Source of the DNA: Candidatus Eiseniibacteriota bacterium
GTDB lineage: Bacteria; Eisenbacteria; RBG-16-71-46; JABDJR01
DNA: 64,000 nucleotides
Assembly: GCA_963783375.1 (NCBI GenBank)
Contig: CAWANH010000029.1
Location: 608,001 to 672,000 of the forward strand
Direction: 5' to 3'
The translations under genes were made by a program, and so were the position numbers. Under the pieces are notes generated by a model. It was not told the DNA's origin, did not search any database, and saw only the letters and a list, made by a program, of their open reading frames with translations. Below, piece by piece: positions 19,791 to 30,522 of this stretch. Within the stretch, counting starts at the first letter, position 1. Each line of letters begins with the position of its first letter.

Positions 19791-20929
19791 GCCGCCGTCA
19801 CGCGCGCCTCTTCCGATCGGCGTCCGTTCTGGCCCTCGCCCTCATCCCCGCCGCGGCGGCGGCCAGCTCGGGAACGGTGCGCGTCCCCGGGAGCTACCGC
19901 ACCTGGACGGTGAAACAGGACGGGACCGAGACCTCGATCAGCCAGTTCCACCTCCCCCTGGTTGTAACCGCCGGCCTCGGCCGTGGGACCGACCTCGTGG
20001 TCTCGGGTTCCGGGGCCTTCGCCTCGACGGATCCCTCCGGCGCCTCGTCGAATTCCCTGAACGGCTTGACCGACGTCACCGCGCAGCTCTTCATGCGCCT
20101 CGCCGGCGATCGATTCCTGATCCACGCCGGGGCCGGGCTTCCCACCGGGAAGACCGAACTCGACGACCGGGAGATCGTGGTGGCCCGCAACCTGGCCCTT
20201 CCCGTCCTGGGCTTCAGGGCCAAGGACTACGGAGAAGGCTTGAACCTGAGCGCGGGCGGAGCGGTGGCGTTTCCGCTCTCCGGGACCGCGCGGTTCGCGA
20301 TGGGGGCGGGGTTCGTCCATCGCGGGAGCTACACCCTTTTCGCCGGGGGCGGGGACTACCGCCCGGCCCCCGAGGTCTCGGCGACGGCGGGATTGGACCT
20401 CCAGGGCCGGGGAAAGGGGAGCACCGCTCCCCTCCTCCGCCTCGACGCGGTCTACCGTATCTACGGAAACGACGAGCTCGACGGAGAGACGGTCTTCGAG
20501 GAAGGAAACCAACTCGAGCTCCAGGCGGCGGGATCGAGCGGGGGAAGCGGGCTCCGGCTGACCGGCCTCGCCCGCACCGTGCTCAAGGCGGACAACACGG
20601 TGACCGGAGGTCAAGGTCAAACCGTGGAGGCGCTCAAGGCCAGCTCCGGGAACGCGGTGCTCGGCCGGCTCGAAGTCGACCTCCCGGTGGGCACCGCTCT
20701 CCGCGCGGGGATCACCTCGGAGTGGAACCACGTGAGCGGGAGCGACACCCCGGTCTGGAACGGCGATTCCTACGGACTCGGCCCCGTGCTCCGGGCGGCG
20801 CTCGGAGCGCACGCCCGGTTGGAGTTCAACGTCATGCGCCTCGGCGGCACCCTGGACGGCGGCGCGAACCCCGACCTCGACCTCTCCGGCACCTCCATAG
20901 GAGTCACCTTCTCCTGGCGGGCATCATGA
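19787..20929 (+). CDS. Putative outer-membrane beta-barrel protein
   Basis: Signal peptide, amphipathic strands, GLPTGK motif, C-terminal IGVTFSWRAS; ATGA coupling on both sides. Confidence 0.65.
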   Translation: MSRRHARLFRSASVLALALIPAAAAASSGTVRVPGSYRTWTVKQDGTETSISQFHLPLVVTAGLGRGTDLVVSGSGAFASTDPSGASSNSLNGLTDVTAQLFMRLAGDRFLIHAGAGLPTGKTELDDREIVVARNLALPVLGFRAKDYGEGLNLSAGGAVAFPLSGTARFAMGAGFVHRGSYTLFAGGGDYRPAPEVSATAGLDLQGRGKGSTAPLLRLDAVYRIYGNDELDGETVFEEGNQLELQAAGSSGGSGLRLTGLARTVLKADNTVTGGQGQTVEALKASSGNAVLGRLEVDLPVGTALRAGITSEWNHVSGSDTPVWNGDSYGLGPVLRAALGAHARLEFNVMRLGGTLDGGANPDLDLSGTSIGVTFSWRAS

Positions 20930-23900
20930 GGAACGTCATGCAATTCGGAAATCGAATGATTCCGCTTTCCCGGTTCATCGGGGTCCTTTTCGCCGCCGCT
21001 CTCGGCGCCGCGCTCTTTTCCCTGGGCTGCGGGGACCATGCCGCCACCGGGCCCCGCACCGCGGTGCCGCTGAGGGTGCGGGTGGAGTTCCCGGACGGCG
21101 CTTCGGCCAAGGGAGCGGGACTCACCCCGGCCGCGGTCATCGACCAGGTGCGGGCCTTCGCCTGGGAGGTGGTGGACGACACCACCCAGGTGCTGCGCGA
21201 TCAGGCCTCCCAGGACATCGCCCCCACCGACACCTCGTTCAGCCTGGTGCTGACCGTGCCTCCCGCCCCGCTCTACCGGGTGCGGGTGGAGGCCCGGAGC
21301 GGCAACGTGGTCCACTTCGAAGGCGAGGCCCTCGTGGAGGACGTGGGCTCGGGAGAGACCGCGACCATCAGCCTGGTCCTGGTGGATGCGCTCCCCCCCA
21401 CCGCCCCCACCGGCCTCACCGCGACTCTCTCCACCTTGACCAGCGTCGATCTGAGCTGGACGGACAACGCGGAGAACGAGACCCGCTATCGCGTGGAGCG
21501 CCGGATCGGCGCCGAAGGCTCCTTCGCCGAGATAGCGGTCCTGGAGGGCAGCTTCGCCGGAACCGTGACCTATGCCGACAAGAACCTCTCCGAGCGCACT
21601 TCCTACCAGTACCGCGTCCGGGCGCAGGGGGCGGCCGGCTTCTCCGGCTACTCGAACATCGCTTCGGCGCGGACCGGAATCGGCGCCCCCACCGGACTCG
21701 CCGTGGCCCCGCTCACCGATACCTCGCTCCGCATCACCTGGAGCTACTCCTCCGACCCCGGGGGCTTCCAGCTCCAACGCCGGACCGGATCCGGGGCCTG
21801 GGGAACGATGCTCTATCCGGGCGCCTCGGCCCGCGGCTACAACGACGGCGGCCTCCAGCCCAAGACTTCCTACGGCTACCGCCTCCGCGCCTTCGCCGGC
21901 CCCGACACCTCGGTCTGGACGCCGGAGGCGACCGGAAGCACCGAGGACCGCGCCCCGGTCTGCGCTCTCTCCGAGCCCAGCCATGATTTCGGCACTCTGA
22001 CGGTTGGGAACAGCTCCGTGTGGAGCTTCACCATCACCAACACCGGCGGCGGGACTCTGGCCGGAACCGTGGCCCTGGCGAGTTGCGGGAACGGCTTCAG
22101 CCTGACCGACGGCGAGGGACCGTTCAGCCTGACCGCGGGGCAGAGCCGGACGGTGCGCGTCCGGTTCGAACCGACCGTCCCCGGATCCCGCGCCTGCACG
22201 GTGGCCACCGGCCTCGCCTGCACGGTATCGCTCTCCGGGAACGCGGTCACCCTGGGCGCATGCTCGGTGGACCTTCCATCGATCGGGTTCGGAACCCTCG
22301 AGGTCGGTTCCACCGCGGACACGACCTTCGTGATCACCAACACCGGCGGATCGAGCCTCGACGTTCCCCTCGGGGCAAGCGGGGGGGGCTGCCCGGCCTT
22401 CACCCTGGATCCGCCGGCCGGGAACTACAGCCTCGACCCCGGGGCCAGCCTTCCGGTGAAGGTCCACTTCGCGCCCACCCAGGCCGTGACCTACACCTGC
22501 ACGGTCACCGCCGGGAGCGGGTGCTCGGTGGCCTTGAGCGGCGCCGGGCGATTGAGCCCCCTCTGCTCCGTCACCCCCACCACCCTCGACTTCGGCTCCC
22601 GCGAGGCGGGCACCGACAGCCTCCTCTCCTTCCAGATCACCAACGTCGGCGGCGGAACCCTGACCGGGTCGGTGGTCCTGTTCGAGTGCAGCGGCTTCAG
22701 CCTGGAGTCCGGCGGCGGGAACTTCGCCCTGGGGGCGGGGGCGTCGCGGGCGGTGACCGTCCGCTTCTCGCCGGGGCAATCGGGTAGCTACGCCTGCACC
22801 GTGGCCACCGGGACCGACTGCTCGGTGGCCCTCGTGGGCGAGGCGTTCGAGCTTCCGGTCTGCTCGGTGGTCCCGGCCAGCCTGGACTTCGGCACCGTGT
22901 TCACCGACGGGGACAGCGTGCGTAGCGTCACCGTCACCAATCGCGGCGACGGGGTGCTGAGCGGCGCGGCGACCCTGGGCGAGTGCAGTGGGTTCACCCT
23001 GAGCTCGGGGAGCGGCGCGTTCAGCCTGGGAGCGGGCGAGTCGCGGTCGATCGACATCGAGTTCGCCCCCCCCACCGCCGGTCCCTTCGCCTGCCAGCTC
23101 GACCTGGGAACGGACTGCGATCCGGTCGCCCTCACCGGGACCGGGGAACTCCCCCCCGCGTGCACGATCGAGCCCCAGGCCCTGGTGTTCGACACCCTCG
23201 ACGTCGAGACCTCCCAGGTCAAGAGCTTCACCATCACCAACACCGGGGGCGGAACCGTCGAGGGCACGGTGGCCCTGCCCGAGTGCACCGAGTTCACCCT
23301 CGACTCCGGAGCGGGCGGCTTCAGCCTGGGGGCGGGCGAGTCCCACACCGTGAGCGTCCGGTTCAGTCCGCTCATCCCCGGGGGCGTGGCCTGCGAGGTC
23401 ACCACCGGCACCCAGTGCTTCCAGGTCCCGGTCGCCGGCGCAGGACGGCTTCCCCCCTACTGCACCCTCGACACCTACTCCCTCGACTTCGGCGCCCCCC
23501 AGCCCGGGACGCCGGTCCAGCGGAGCTTCACCATCACCAACGACGGGGGCGGGTTCTTGACCGGCTCGGCAACCGAGAGCTGCCCCGACTTCTCGATCGT
23601 CTCCGGCGGGGGTCCGTTCAGCCTGGGGGCCCAGCAGAGCCGCCGGGTCACGGTGGAATACAACAGCACGTCCGCCGCCGGGGGGAGCTGCAGCGTGGAC
23701 CTGGGCACCGACTGCGGCTCGGTGTCGTGCACGGCGGCGGGGGTGCCGGAGTGCTCGGTGAGCCCCGCCACCCTGAACTTCGGCACCATACCCGCCGGGA
23801 CCGTCGCCGATCGTACCCTCACCGTCACCAACAGCGGGGGTGGCGTCCTGAGCGGCTCGGTGAGCGAGAACTGCGCCGAGTTCACGGTGTTCCAGGCGGG

Positions 23901-24413
23901 AGTGGGAGCGCCGTCGGCCCCCGCCTCCCCCGAGGCCAGCGTCCCCTATTCCCTGGCAGCCGGACAGAGCATCGACGTGACCGTCCGGTTCCAGCCCAAG
24001 ACCGGCGGGTCCTACAACTGCACCATCCTCGCCGGGGATCAGTGCATCGGGGTTCAGGCGGTGGGGAACGCCGCGGTGTGCTCGATCTCGCCGGGGACGA
24101 CATCGACATGGGGTACACGTACTACACGGGGGACTCGGCTACCAGCTGGTGACGATCACCAACACCGGGGCGGGCATCCTGGCCGGGGCTACCGACCGAG
24201 AGCTGCCCGAATTTCTCGCTCACCGACTACACCTACGAAAACCCGGTGAGTTCCTTCGCCCTCGGGCCGGGCCAGTCCTACAGCTTCGTGATCTGGTTCA
24301 CCGCCCCCGTCGACTTCGGGACCTATAACTGCACGGTCAGCCTCGGGCCGAACTGCCCGAGCATCGTGTGCACCGTGAACCACTCCTGCCTCGGAAAGCC
24401 GGGGAAGCGATGA
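20926..24413 (+). CDS. Large lipoprotein adhesin-like protein: 2 FN3 domains + 8 Cys-rich ASH (choice-of-anchor D) Ig-like repeats; 3 apparent frameshifts at 24090-24200
   Basis: SLGC lipobox, LSWTDN..YRVRA FN3 motifs, repeats C.V.P..LDFG..TITNTGGG.L.G; the last repeat continues across shifted frames to TGA 24413. Confidence 0.78.
21961..24400 (+). repeat. Eight ~300-bp intragenic tandem repeats encoding ASH/Ig-like domains
   Basis: Recurrent (t/g)atcaccaac..cggcgg and ttcagcctggg nucleotide motifs with a conserved Cys pattern. Confidence 0.8.
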
Positions 24414-26201
24414 GCGCGAACCGAATCCCGGGACCGGACACCCCGCTGGATCTGCTGATCCTGGCCGATCTCGTTCCGGAAGGCGCGGCCGATGCCCCCC
24501 TCCGCGCCCGCCCCCACCGGGTGGACGCGGCGGGCTTCGCCGAGCTGTTGCGGACGACCGCCCCCACCGTGTCCATCGTGACCGGGGACGGGGAGACGAT
24601 CGCGCTCCGGTTCGACGAGCTCCGCGCCTTCCGCCCCGAGGCCCTGGCCGCCGCCCTACCCGGGCTCCGGGGCCTGACCGCGGTCCACCGGATCCTCGAG
24701 GACCTCCACCGCGGGCGGATCGATCTCACCAAGGCCCTGGCCGAGCTGGACGCCCGCGCCGAAACCGTCCCCGGGGTGAAGGCGGTGCGGAAGGCGCTGG
24801 CCGGCGGCGCGTCCCCGGAGGGGAAGGCGTCGCCCGAGCCACCCCCACCCGCGACCCCGGCCCCTCCCCCGGCGGAGGGCGGGCTTTTCGACCTGGTGGA
24901 CGTGGACGCCTCCACCGCCCCCACCGAACCGGAAGCCCCGGCCAAGGCCCTCGACCGGCTGGTTCGCGAGATCGCCGGCGGCGGGGTGGCTCTGAACCGC
25001 GACCGCCTCGGCCGGCTCACCGCCCGCCTGGACGAGGCCTCGGCGCGACGGCCTCCGCGGCGTCCTTCACCACCCCGCGGTGCGAAACCTGGAAGCGGCG
25101 TGGCGCGGGCTCGATTTTCTCCTCCGGCGGATCGACCCGCGCTCCGGGGTTCGCGTTCACGTCCTGGCCGCGCCGGCCGGCGGACGCGTGGAGGCGTTCC
25201 GGGAACTCCTCCTTCCCCTGGCCGCGGAGATCCGCGAGGAGGCCCGAACCGCGGTGGCGCTGGTGGACGCCGAGTTCGGGGGCGGCCCCGACTCCCTGGC
25301 CGAGGCCCGCGAGCTCGCCGCCCTGGCCGAGGAGGCCCGGACCCCGCTCGTCGCCTCCGCCGATCCCCGGCTCCTGGGCCTCGATTCGTGGAAAGCGATC
25401 CAGTCCCTGGGTCCGGTGGACGAGATGCTCCACGACGCCCCGCCCGCCGGCTGGGCCGCCCTCCGGGGCGACCCCGCCGCCCGGTGGCTGACCCTGGCCG
25501 CCAACCCGTACCTTCTCCGCCTCTCCTACGGGGCGGATCTGGACCGGGTGAAGGGGTTCGCCTTCGAGGAAAACCCCGGCCCCGGCGATCCGACCTACCT
25601 CTGGGGACGGCCGGGCTGGATCGTGGTCGCCCTGATCGCCCTCGGCGCGATCCGGGACGGCTGGGGCGCGGCGATCACCGGCCCCGCCGCCGCCCTGGAG
25701 GTGACCGATCTCCCGGTCCGTCCGCTGGCCCTTCGCGGCGGAGACCCGGTCCAGATCCCCCTGGAGATGCTCCTCCCCGAGAACCGCGTGCTGGAGCTCT
25801 CCCGCGCCGGTCTGGCCGCGCTGGCCTGCGCGCGAAACCGCGACCATGCCTTCCTTCCGAGCGCGCCTTCCACCGCGGCGCCCGCACCTCCCACCGCGGC
25901 CTCGGACCGGCGAACCGAGGCGCTCCGGGTGTCGCTGGCCTACCAGATCTTCACCGCGCGGATCACCGCCCTCCTGGATCACCTGCTGCGTTGGATGGGA
26001 CCCACCCAGGGCCCGGAGGAAACCGCGGCCGGGCTCGCGACCGGGCTCCAGACCCTCACCGCAACCGCGGCCGGACCGGAAGTGGAGGTGGCCGGGGCGG
26101 TGGGCGACGGCGGGACGTCCATCGTGCTTCGCATCGTGCCGCGGGGCGAGCCGGTTCGGGGCCTGCCGGTTCTGGAGCTCCGCCTCCCGGTGGAGCGGTG
26201 A
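24410..26201 (+). CDS. TssB-TssC fusion sheath-like protein 1 (~596 aa; one frameshift near 25045)
   Basis: N-terminal LLILADL..LRFDELRAFRPEAL resembles this window's TssB; VLHHPAVRNLEAAWRGL..LLRLSYG..YLWG..DLPV resembles its TssC. Confidence 0.72.
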
Positions 26202-26204
26202 TCG

Positions 26205-26678
26205 GTGAGCCTGGACATCGCCCCCACCCAGATGAACTACTACGACGTCTCCGGGACCACCCTGGAGGAGGCGGCCGGCAATCTGGGCCTGCCCGGAGGC
26301 GAGGACGGGCTCACCGAGTTCGACCTCGGGTACGAGTACGACGGCGTGAGCCGGGGCCTTCCCCAGAACTTCATCCTGCACCTTTCGCTGGCCATCACCA
26401 TGCCCCGCTGGTTGGAACGGGACGCCGCCACCACGCCCGAGCAGGCCGAGTGGGACCGGTTCTACGCCGCGCTCCTGGCCCACGAACGGGAGCACGCCTC
26501 GCGGACCCGGGCGGAGGCGCGCCGGGTGCACGCCCGCCTGGCCCGCACCCGGGCCGCCGACCTCGAGGAGCGCTTCCAGGCCGGCAAGCGGGTGATCCAG
26601 CGGGAGAACGACGCGTTCGACGACGCCACCCATCACGGCCAGGTGCCGGCGCCCGGAACGATCATCACGATCCCCTGA
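26205..26678 (+). CDS. DUF922-like HExxH putative zinc protease without signal peptide
   Basis: YYDVSGTT, ITMPRW, WDRFYAALLAHEREH, FDDATHHG. Confidence 0.72.
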   Translation: MSLDIAPTQMNYYDVSGTTLEEAAGNLGLPGGEDGLTEFDLGYEYDGVSRGLPQNFILHLSLAITMPRWLERDAATTPEQAEWDRFYAALLAHEREHASRTRAEARRVHARLARTRAADLEERFQAGKRVIQRENDAFDDATHHGQVPAPGTIITIP

Positions 26679-26709
26679 ACGGGGCCGGCGACCGGCCGGA
26701 GGAACGATC

Positions 26710-28045
26710 ATGAAACCCTTGCCCTGGAAGATCACCGTGTTCTCCGACCTGGGGGGACGGTCCGACCCGCCGGTTCGCGTCCGCGCCGGGGACCTGGACG
26801 AACGCCTGCACGCGATGGGGGTCTCGGCGGCGATCCCGGTGCCCGGAAAAGGAACCGCGACCCTCTCCCCCGAATCCCTCGACGATCTCTCCCCCCGCGC
26901 GCTCCGGGACTTCCTCGGGGTTTCCGGAGAAGCCCTCGACGCCGTCCTCCACGCTCCCGCCTTTCAGGGGCTGGAAGCGGCCTGGCGTGGCCTGGCGCGC
27001 CTCACCGCCGAGGCGGGGGACGAGGTGTCGGTCGAGGTGGCGTCGGCGCCTCGGGGATCGCTGGCCGAGCGTCTGCGGGAGACCGTGCTCGGCCCGGGGC
27101 TCTCCACCGACGCCCCCCCCACCCTGCTGGTCCTGGACTACGACTTCACCCACAAGCCGGCCGACCTGGCTCTGCTCCGGGAGATCGCGGGAATGGCCAA
27201 GGTGCTCCAGGCCCCGGCGGTGGCCGCGGCGAGCGCCGGGCTTCTTCGATCTCCGCCACCTGGCCCACGTCCTCACCCTCCCCGACATGGTGGGGCGTTT
27301 GAACGACCCCGCCCACGCCGGCTGGACCGCGTTCCAGGCCACCGAGGAGGCGCGCTGGCTGGCCCTGACCCTGAACCGCTACCTGGAGCGCGCCCCCTAT
27401 CAGGGCGAGGACCACACCGAGGCCGCCACGGTGGCGAAACCGGAGACCTACCTCTGGGCGCGGGGCGGCTGGCTGGTGGCCACGGCCCTGGCCCGGAGCG
27501 CCCGGGCCCACGGCCACGCCCTGGACATGTCGGGGGGCCGGGGGGGCCGGTTCGACGGGCTTCCGGTCCGGGATTACCCGGTCTCGGCCAACGAAACCGC
27601 ATCCTTGGCCACCGAGGTTCCGATTCCCGACATGAAATCCCAGGAGCTTTCCCGCGCCGCCTTCACCCCGCTGGTGGGCCAGCTTCGCGGCGGGGCGGTG
27701 GTGGTCCCCATCGCGGTGTCGGTGTCGCGGCTCGGCCCGGGACGACTCACCGTGGAGGGGACCCTGGCCTACCAGATCACCGCCGGCCGGCTGGCGCGGT
27801 TCTGCGGCAATCTTCTCGACGCCGCCCCCGGCGGCTCGCCCGACGACGTTGCCGCTTTCTTCAGGGAATCCCTGAGCGCCTTCCTGGGCCCGGTGGGCGG
27901 CGAGGACGCGGTCACCGTGACCCCCACCACCGCCGAAGGCCCGGACGGCCCCCGCCCCATGGCGGAGATCCAGGTGCGCTCCGCGGTGCCCCTGGAGGGA
28001 AAGCCCATCTCGTTCACCTTCCTGCTCCCCCTGGCGCAGGACTGA
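26710..28045 (+). CDS. TssB-TssC fusion sheath-like protein 2 (~444 aa; one frameshift near 27240)
   Basis: LPWKITVFSDL..SLDDLSP (TssB-like) joined to VLHAPAFQGLEAAWRGL..DYDF..EEARW..YLW..ATEV (TssC-like). Confidence 0.72.
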
Positions 28046-28055
28046 CGGAGGAACC

Positions 28056-28592
28056 ATGAGCCTCGACCGCGCTTCCCAAGACGATGCTTCTTCCACCCAC
28101 GAGTTCCACGCGGTGGAGCGGGGCGACTCGGTGGAGATCGGGGCCGGGCTGGTGGTGGACGCGCCTCCCGCCGGGGTTCCCGACGCTCCCGCCCGCCTCC
28201 GCCTGGCCTCCGGGCGCCGGGCCGAGTTCGCCCGGGAGGGGGCGGACGACCTCCTCACCGTCTCCGCCGCCGACGGTCGGGTGGAGCTCCGGGTCCGCTT
28301 CACCGAGGCCGGTCCGGTCCTCTCCTTCGAGGCCGCGGGCCTGAAGCTGGCCAGCGTGGGGGAGGTGGCGGTGGAGTGCGACCGCTTCCGGGTGGAGGCG
28401 CGGGAGGCGGTGGAACTCCGTTCGGGGGGATCGATCGAATCCACGGCCGAGGGCGACGCGGTGACGCGCGCGGGAGGCACCGCCCGGGTCGAGGGACGCG
28501 CGGTGGAGGTGCGCTCCCGGCGGGGAGACGTGGACCTCAAGGCCAACGACGACGTCCGGCTCCGCGGGGAGCGGATCAAGCTCAACTGCTGA
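28056..28592 (+). CDS. Hypothetical beta-strand-rich protein resembling a VgrG/gp5 C-terminal spike segment
   Basis: GGAGG RBS; short alternating strands ending DVDLKANDDVRLRGERIKLNC, like the VgrG tail LTLSGTPVKAN. Confidence 0.55.
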   Translation: MSLDRASQDDASSTHEFHAVERGDSVEIGAGLVVDAPPAGVPDAPARLRLASGRRAEFAREGADDLLTVSAADGRVELRVRFTEAGPVLSFEAAGLKLASVGEVAVECDRFRVEAREAVELRSGGSIESTAEGDAVTRAGGTARVEGRAVEVRSRRGDVDLKANDDVRLRGERIKLNC

Positions 28593-28600
28593 GGCCGCGA

Positions 28601-29634
28601 ATGGACTTCGAGAACACCTCCGCCTTTCCCCGCCGAGCTGGTCCGGAGCGCCCTCTCCACCGACGACCGCGAGCCCATGCTGGCGGTGGTGGTGGTGAAG
28701 GTCACCTACATGGTGGACGCGGCGGGGACCGTCGAGCCGGCCCCGGAGCAGGATCCCATCCGGCTCGAGGCGGAGGAGACCGAGCTGGGGGTGCTCCCGC
28801 CCGACGCCGCGCCGGTCAAGCCCGGCTTCGACGTGCTGGTCCTGGGCCGGGCCCTCGCTCCGGAGGGAAAGCCGGTGCCGCAGATGACTGGTGCGGCTGG
28901 AGGTGGGTGAGGCGGCGCGCGAGCTGGCGGTGTTCGGCGAGCGGCGCTGGGTGAAACGTCCCCCGGAAGGAAAACCGAAGAAGCGGAAGAAGAACGAGCC
29001 GGAGCCGCCGCCGGTCTTCGCGGCCTCGCTCCCCGAGCCCTTCATCGCGCTTCCCCTGACCTACGCCAACGCCTACGGCGGGAAGGCCAAGGTCGGGGTC
29101 TACGAGGCTCCCTTCGCCTACAACCTGGAGGGAAAGGGATTCTGCATGGAGGCCGACGCCGCCGAGGGACTGCCCCTTCCCAACGTGGAGGATCCCCGCG
29201 CGCTGATCCGGAGCTGGGAGGACCAGCCCCGTCCGGCCGGGTTCGCTCCCCTCCCCCTCGGCACCCTCTTCACCGTGGAGCGCGGGGTCACCCACGACGC
29301 GGAGACGAACGAGCAGACCGTGCACCCGGAGGTGTTCCAGAACGCCCATCCCGACCTGGTCTTTCCGGAGGTTCCGCCGGGGACCCCGATCGTCCTCACC
29401 GGCATGACCCCGGAGGGACGCCTCGCCTTCGCCCTCCCCGACCTCCGGGCCTCGGTGACCGTGCGCCTGGGCGAGACGGAATATCATCCCGAGGGGAAGG
29501 TGGACACCCTGACCATCCACCCCGAGGAAGGGCGCATCGTGCTCACCCACCGCACCCCGTTCAAGTACCGGGTGGTGCCGGAGCAGATCCGGACCACCGT
29601 GCTCGCCGTGGAGAGCCCGGGGGGCGCATCATGA
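28601..29634 (+). CDS. DUF2169 T6SS accessory chaperone 1 (frameshifts near 28630 and 28890)
   Basis: VVVVKVTY, KPGFDVLVLG, VFGERRW, PL.YANAYGG, LPNVEDP, FQNAHPD. Confidence 0.75.
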
Positions 29635-30521
29635 GCATGCCCACCTTCGCCATCCACACCGTGAACGTCCGGTTGGCCTTTCTCTATGCCACCCACCTGG
29701 ATATCCCCCCGCCCTACACCGCGCCCCCCGCCCCCCTTCCCTTCGTAGAGGTGCCCCACACCTGCTTCTGGGGACCGGGGGCGGCCATGGCCGCGCCCAA
29801 CAAGGTGCTCACCGACAACTTCACCCCCGCTCAGATCGGTCACGACTGCGGGATCGGGGTGATCCACGTGGACATCCCGGTGGGGCCCCTGTGCCCGGTG
29901 GCCATCGCCACCTCCTCCTGCAAGGTGGTGTTCGCCGCCGGCACCGTGCTGTCGGACGGGAAGCCCACCGCCGGGCACTTCCCGCCCCTCATCAACCTGC
30001 TTCAGTGCTTCGTCCCGGTGCCGCTTCCCATCGGGGGCTTCCTCCTGGTGATGAACACGGTGTTCGTGGGGATGACCCTGCTGGACATCTTCATGGGGAT
30101 CGTCCGGATCGCCATCGCCATCGTCATCGCCCTCATCTTCAACAAGCTGGGGAGCTCGGCGGGCAAGATGGGGCAGGCCTGGCAGTGGGTGGGGAAACTG
30201 GGAGAACGGTTCGGGACCAGCTGGGCGGGGGCGATGGGGAACGCCCTCCTCGGCACCCTGGCCGAGGACATGGTGAAGGGCCTCGTCCTGGGTCCGATCA
30301 TGGAGGGCAAGATCGCCCTCCCCTACCAGATCGCCGAGCTGGATCTCACCAACGGCCAGGTCAAGGTGTTCTACTGGAACGTGGGCGGTCCGAACTGGAC
30401 GCCGGCCCAGAATCGATCCGTGGGCGGTCTCCTGGACAGCGCCCAGCAACCTACCGCGGTGCCGAGCGGATCGTCCCCCGCCCAGCAGGCCACCAGCGGC
30501 GTTCCCGTCCTGGGAGGATGA
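29631..30521 (+). CDS. Putative PAAR-like spike-tip protein with C-terminal transmembrane/Gly-rich region
   Basis: Pro-rich IPPPY..PLPF, GHDCG..H, SS.KVVF..TV..DGKP, C.VPVPLP..NTVFVG, then hydrophobic helices; lies between two DUF2169 genes. Confidence 0.55.
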   Translation: MSMPTFAIHTVNVRLAFLYATHLDIPPPYTAPPAPLPFVEVPHTCFWGPGAAMAAPNKVLTDNFTPAQIGHDCGIGVIHVDIPVGPLCPVAIATSSCKVVFAAGTVLSDGKPTAGHFPPLINLLQCFVPVPLPIGGFLLVMNTVFVGMTLLDIFMGIVRIAIAIVIALIFNKLGSSAGKMGQAWQWVGKLGERFGTSWAGAMGNALLGTLAEDMVKGLVLGPIMEGKIALPYQIAELDLTNGQVKVFYWNVGGPNWTPAQNRSVGGLLDSAQQPTAVPSGSSPAQQATSGVPVLGG

Positions 30522-30522
30522 C

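Noticed and set aside
21961-24400. CRISPR array or DNA-level mobile repeat
   Set aside because: The repeats are ~300-bp degenerate in-frame protein domains, not identical short repeats with spacers
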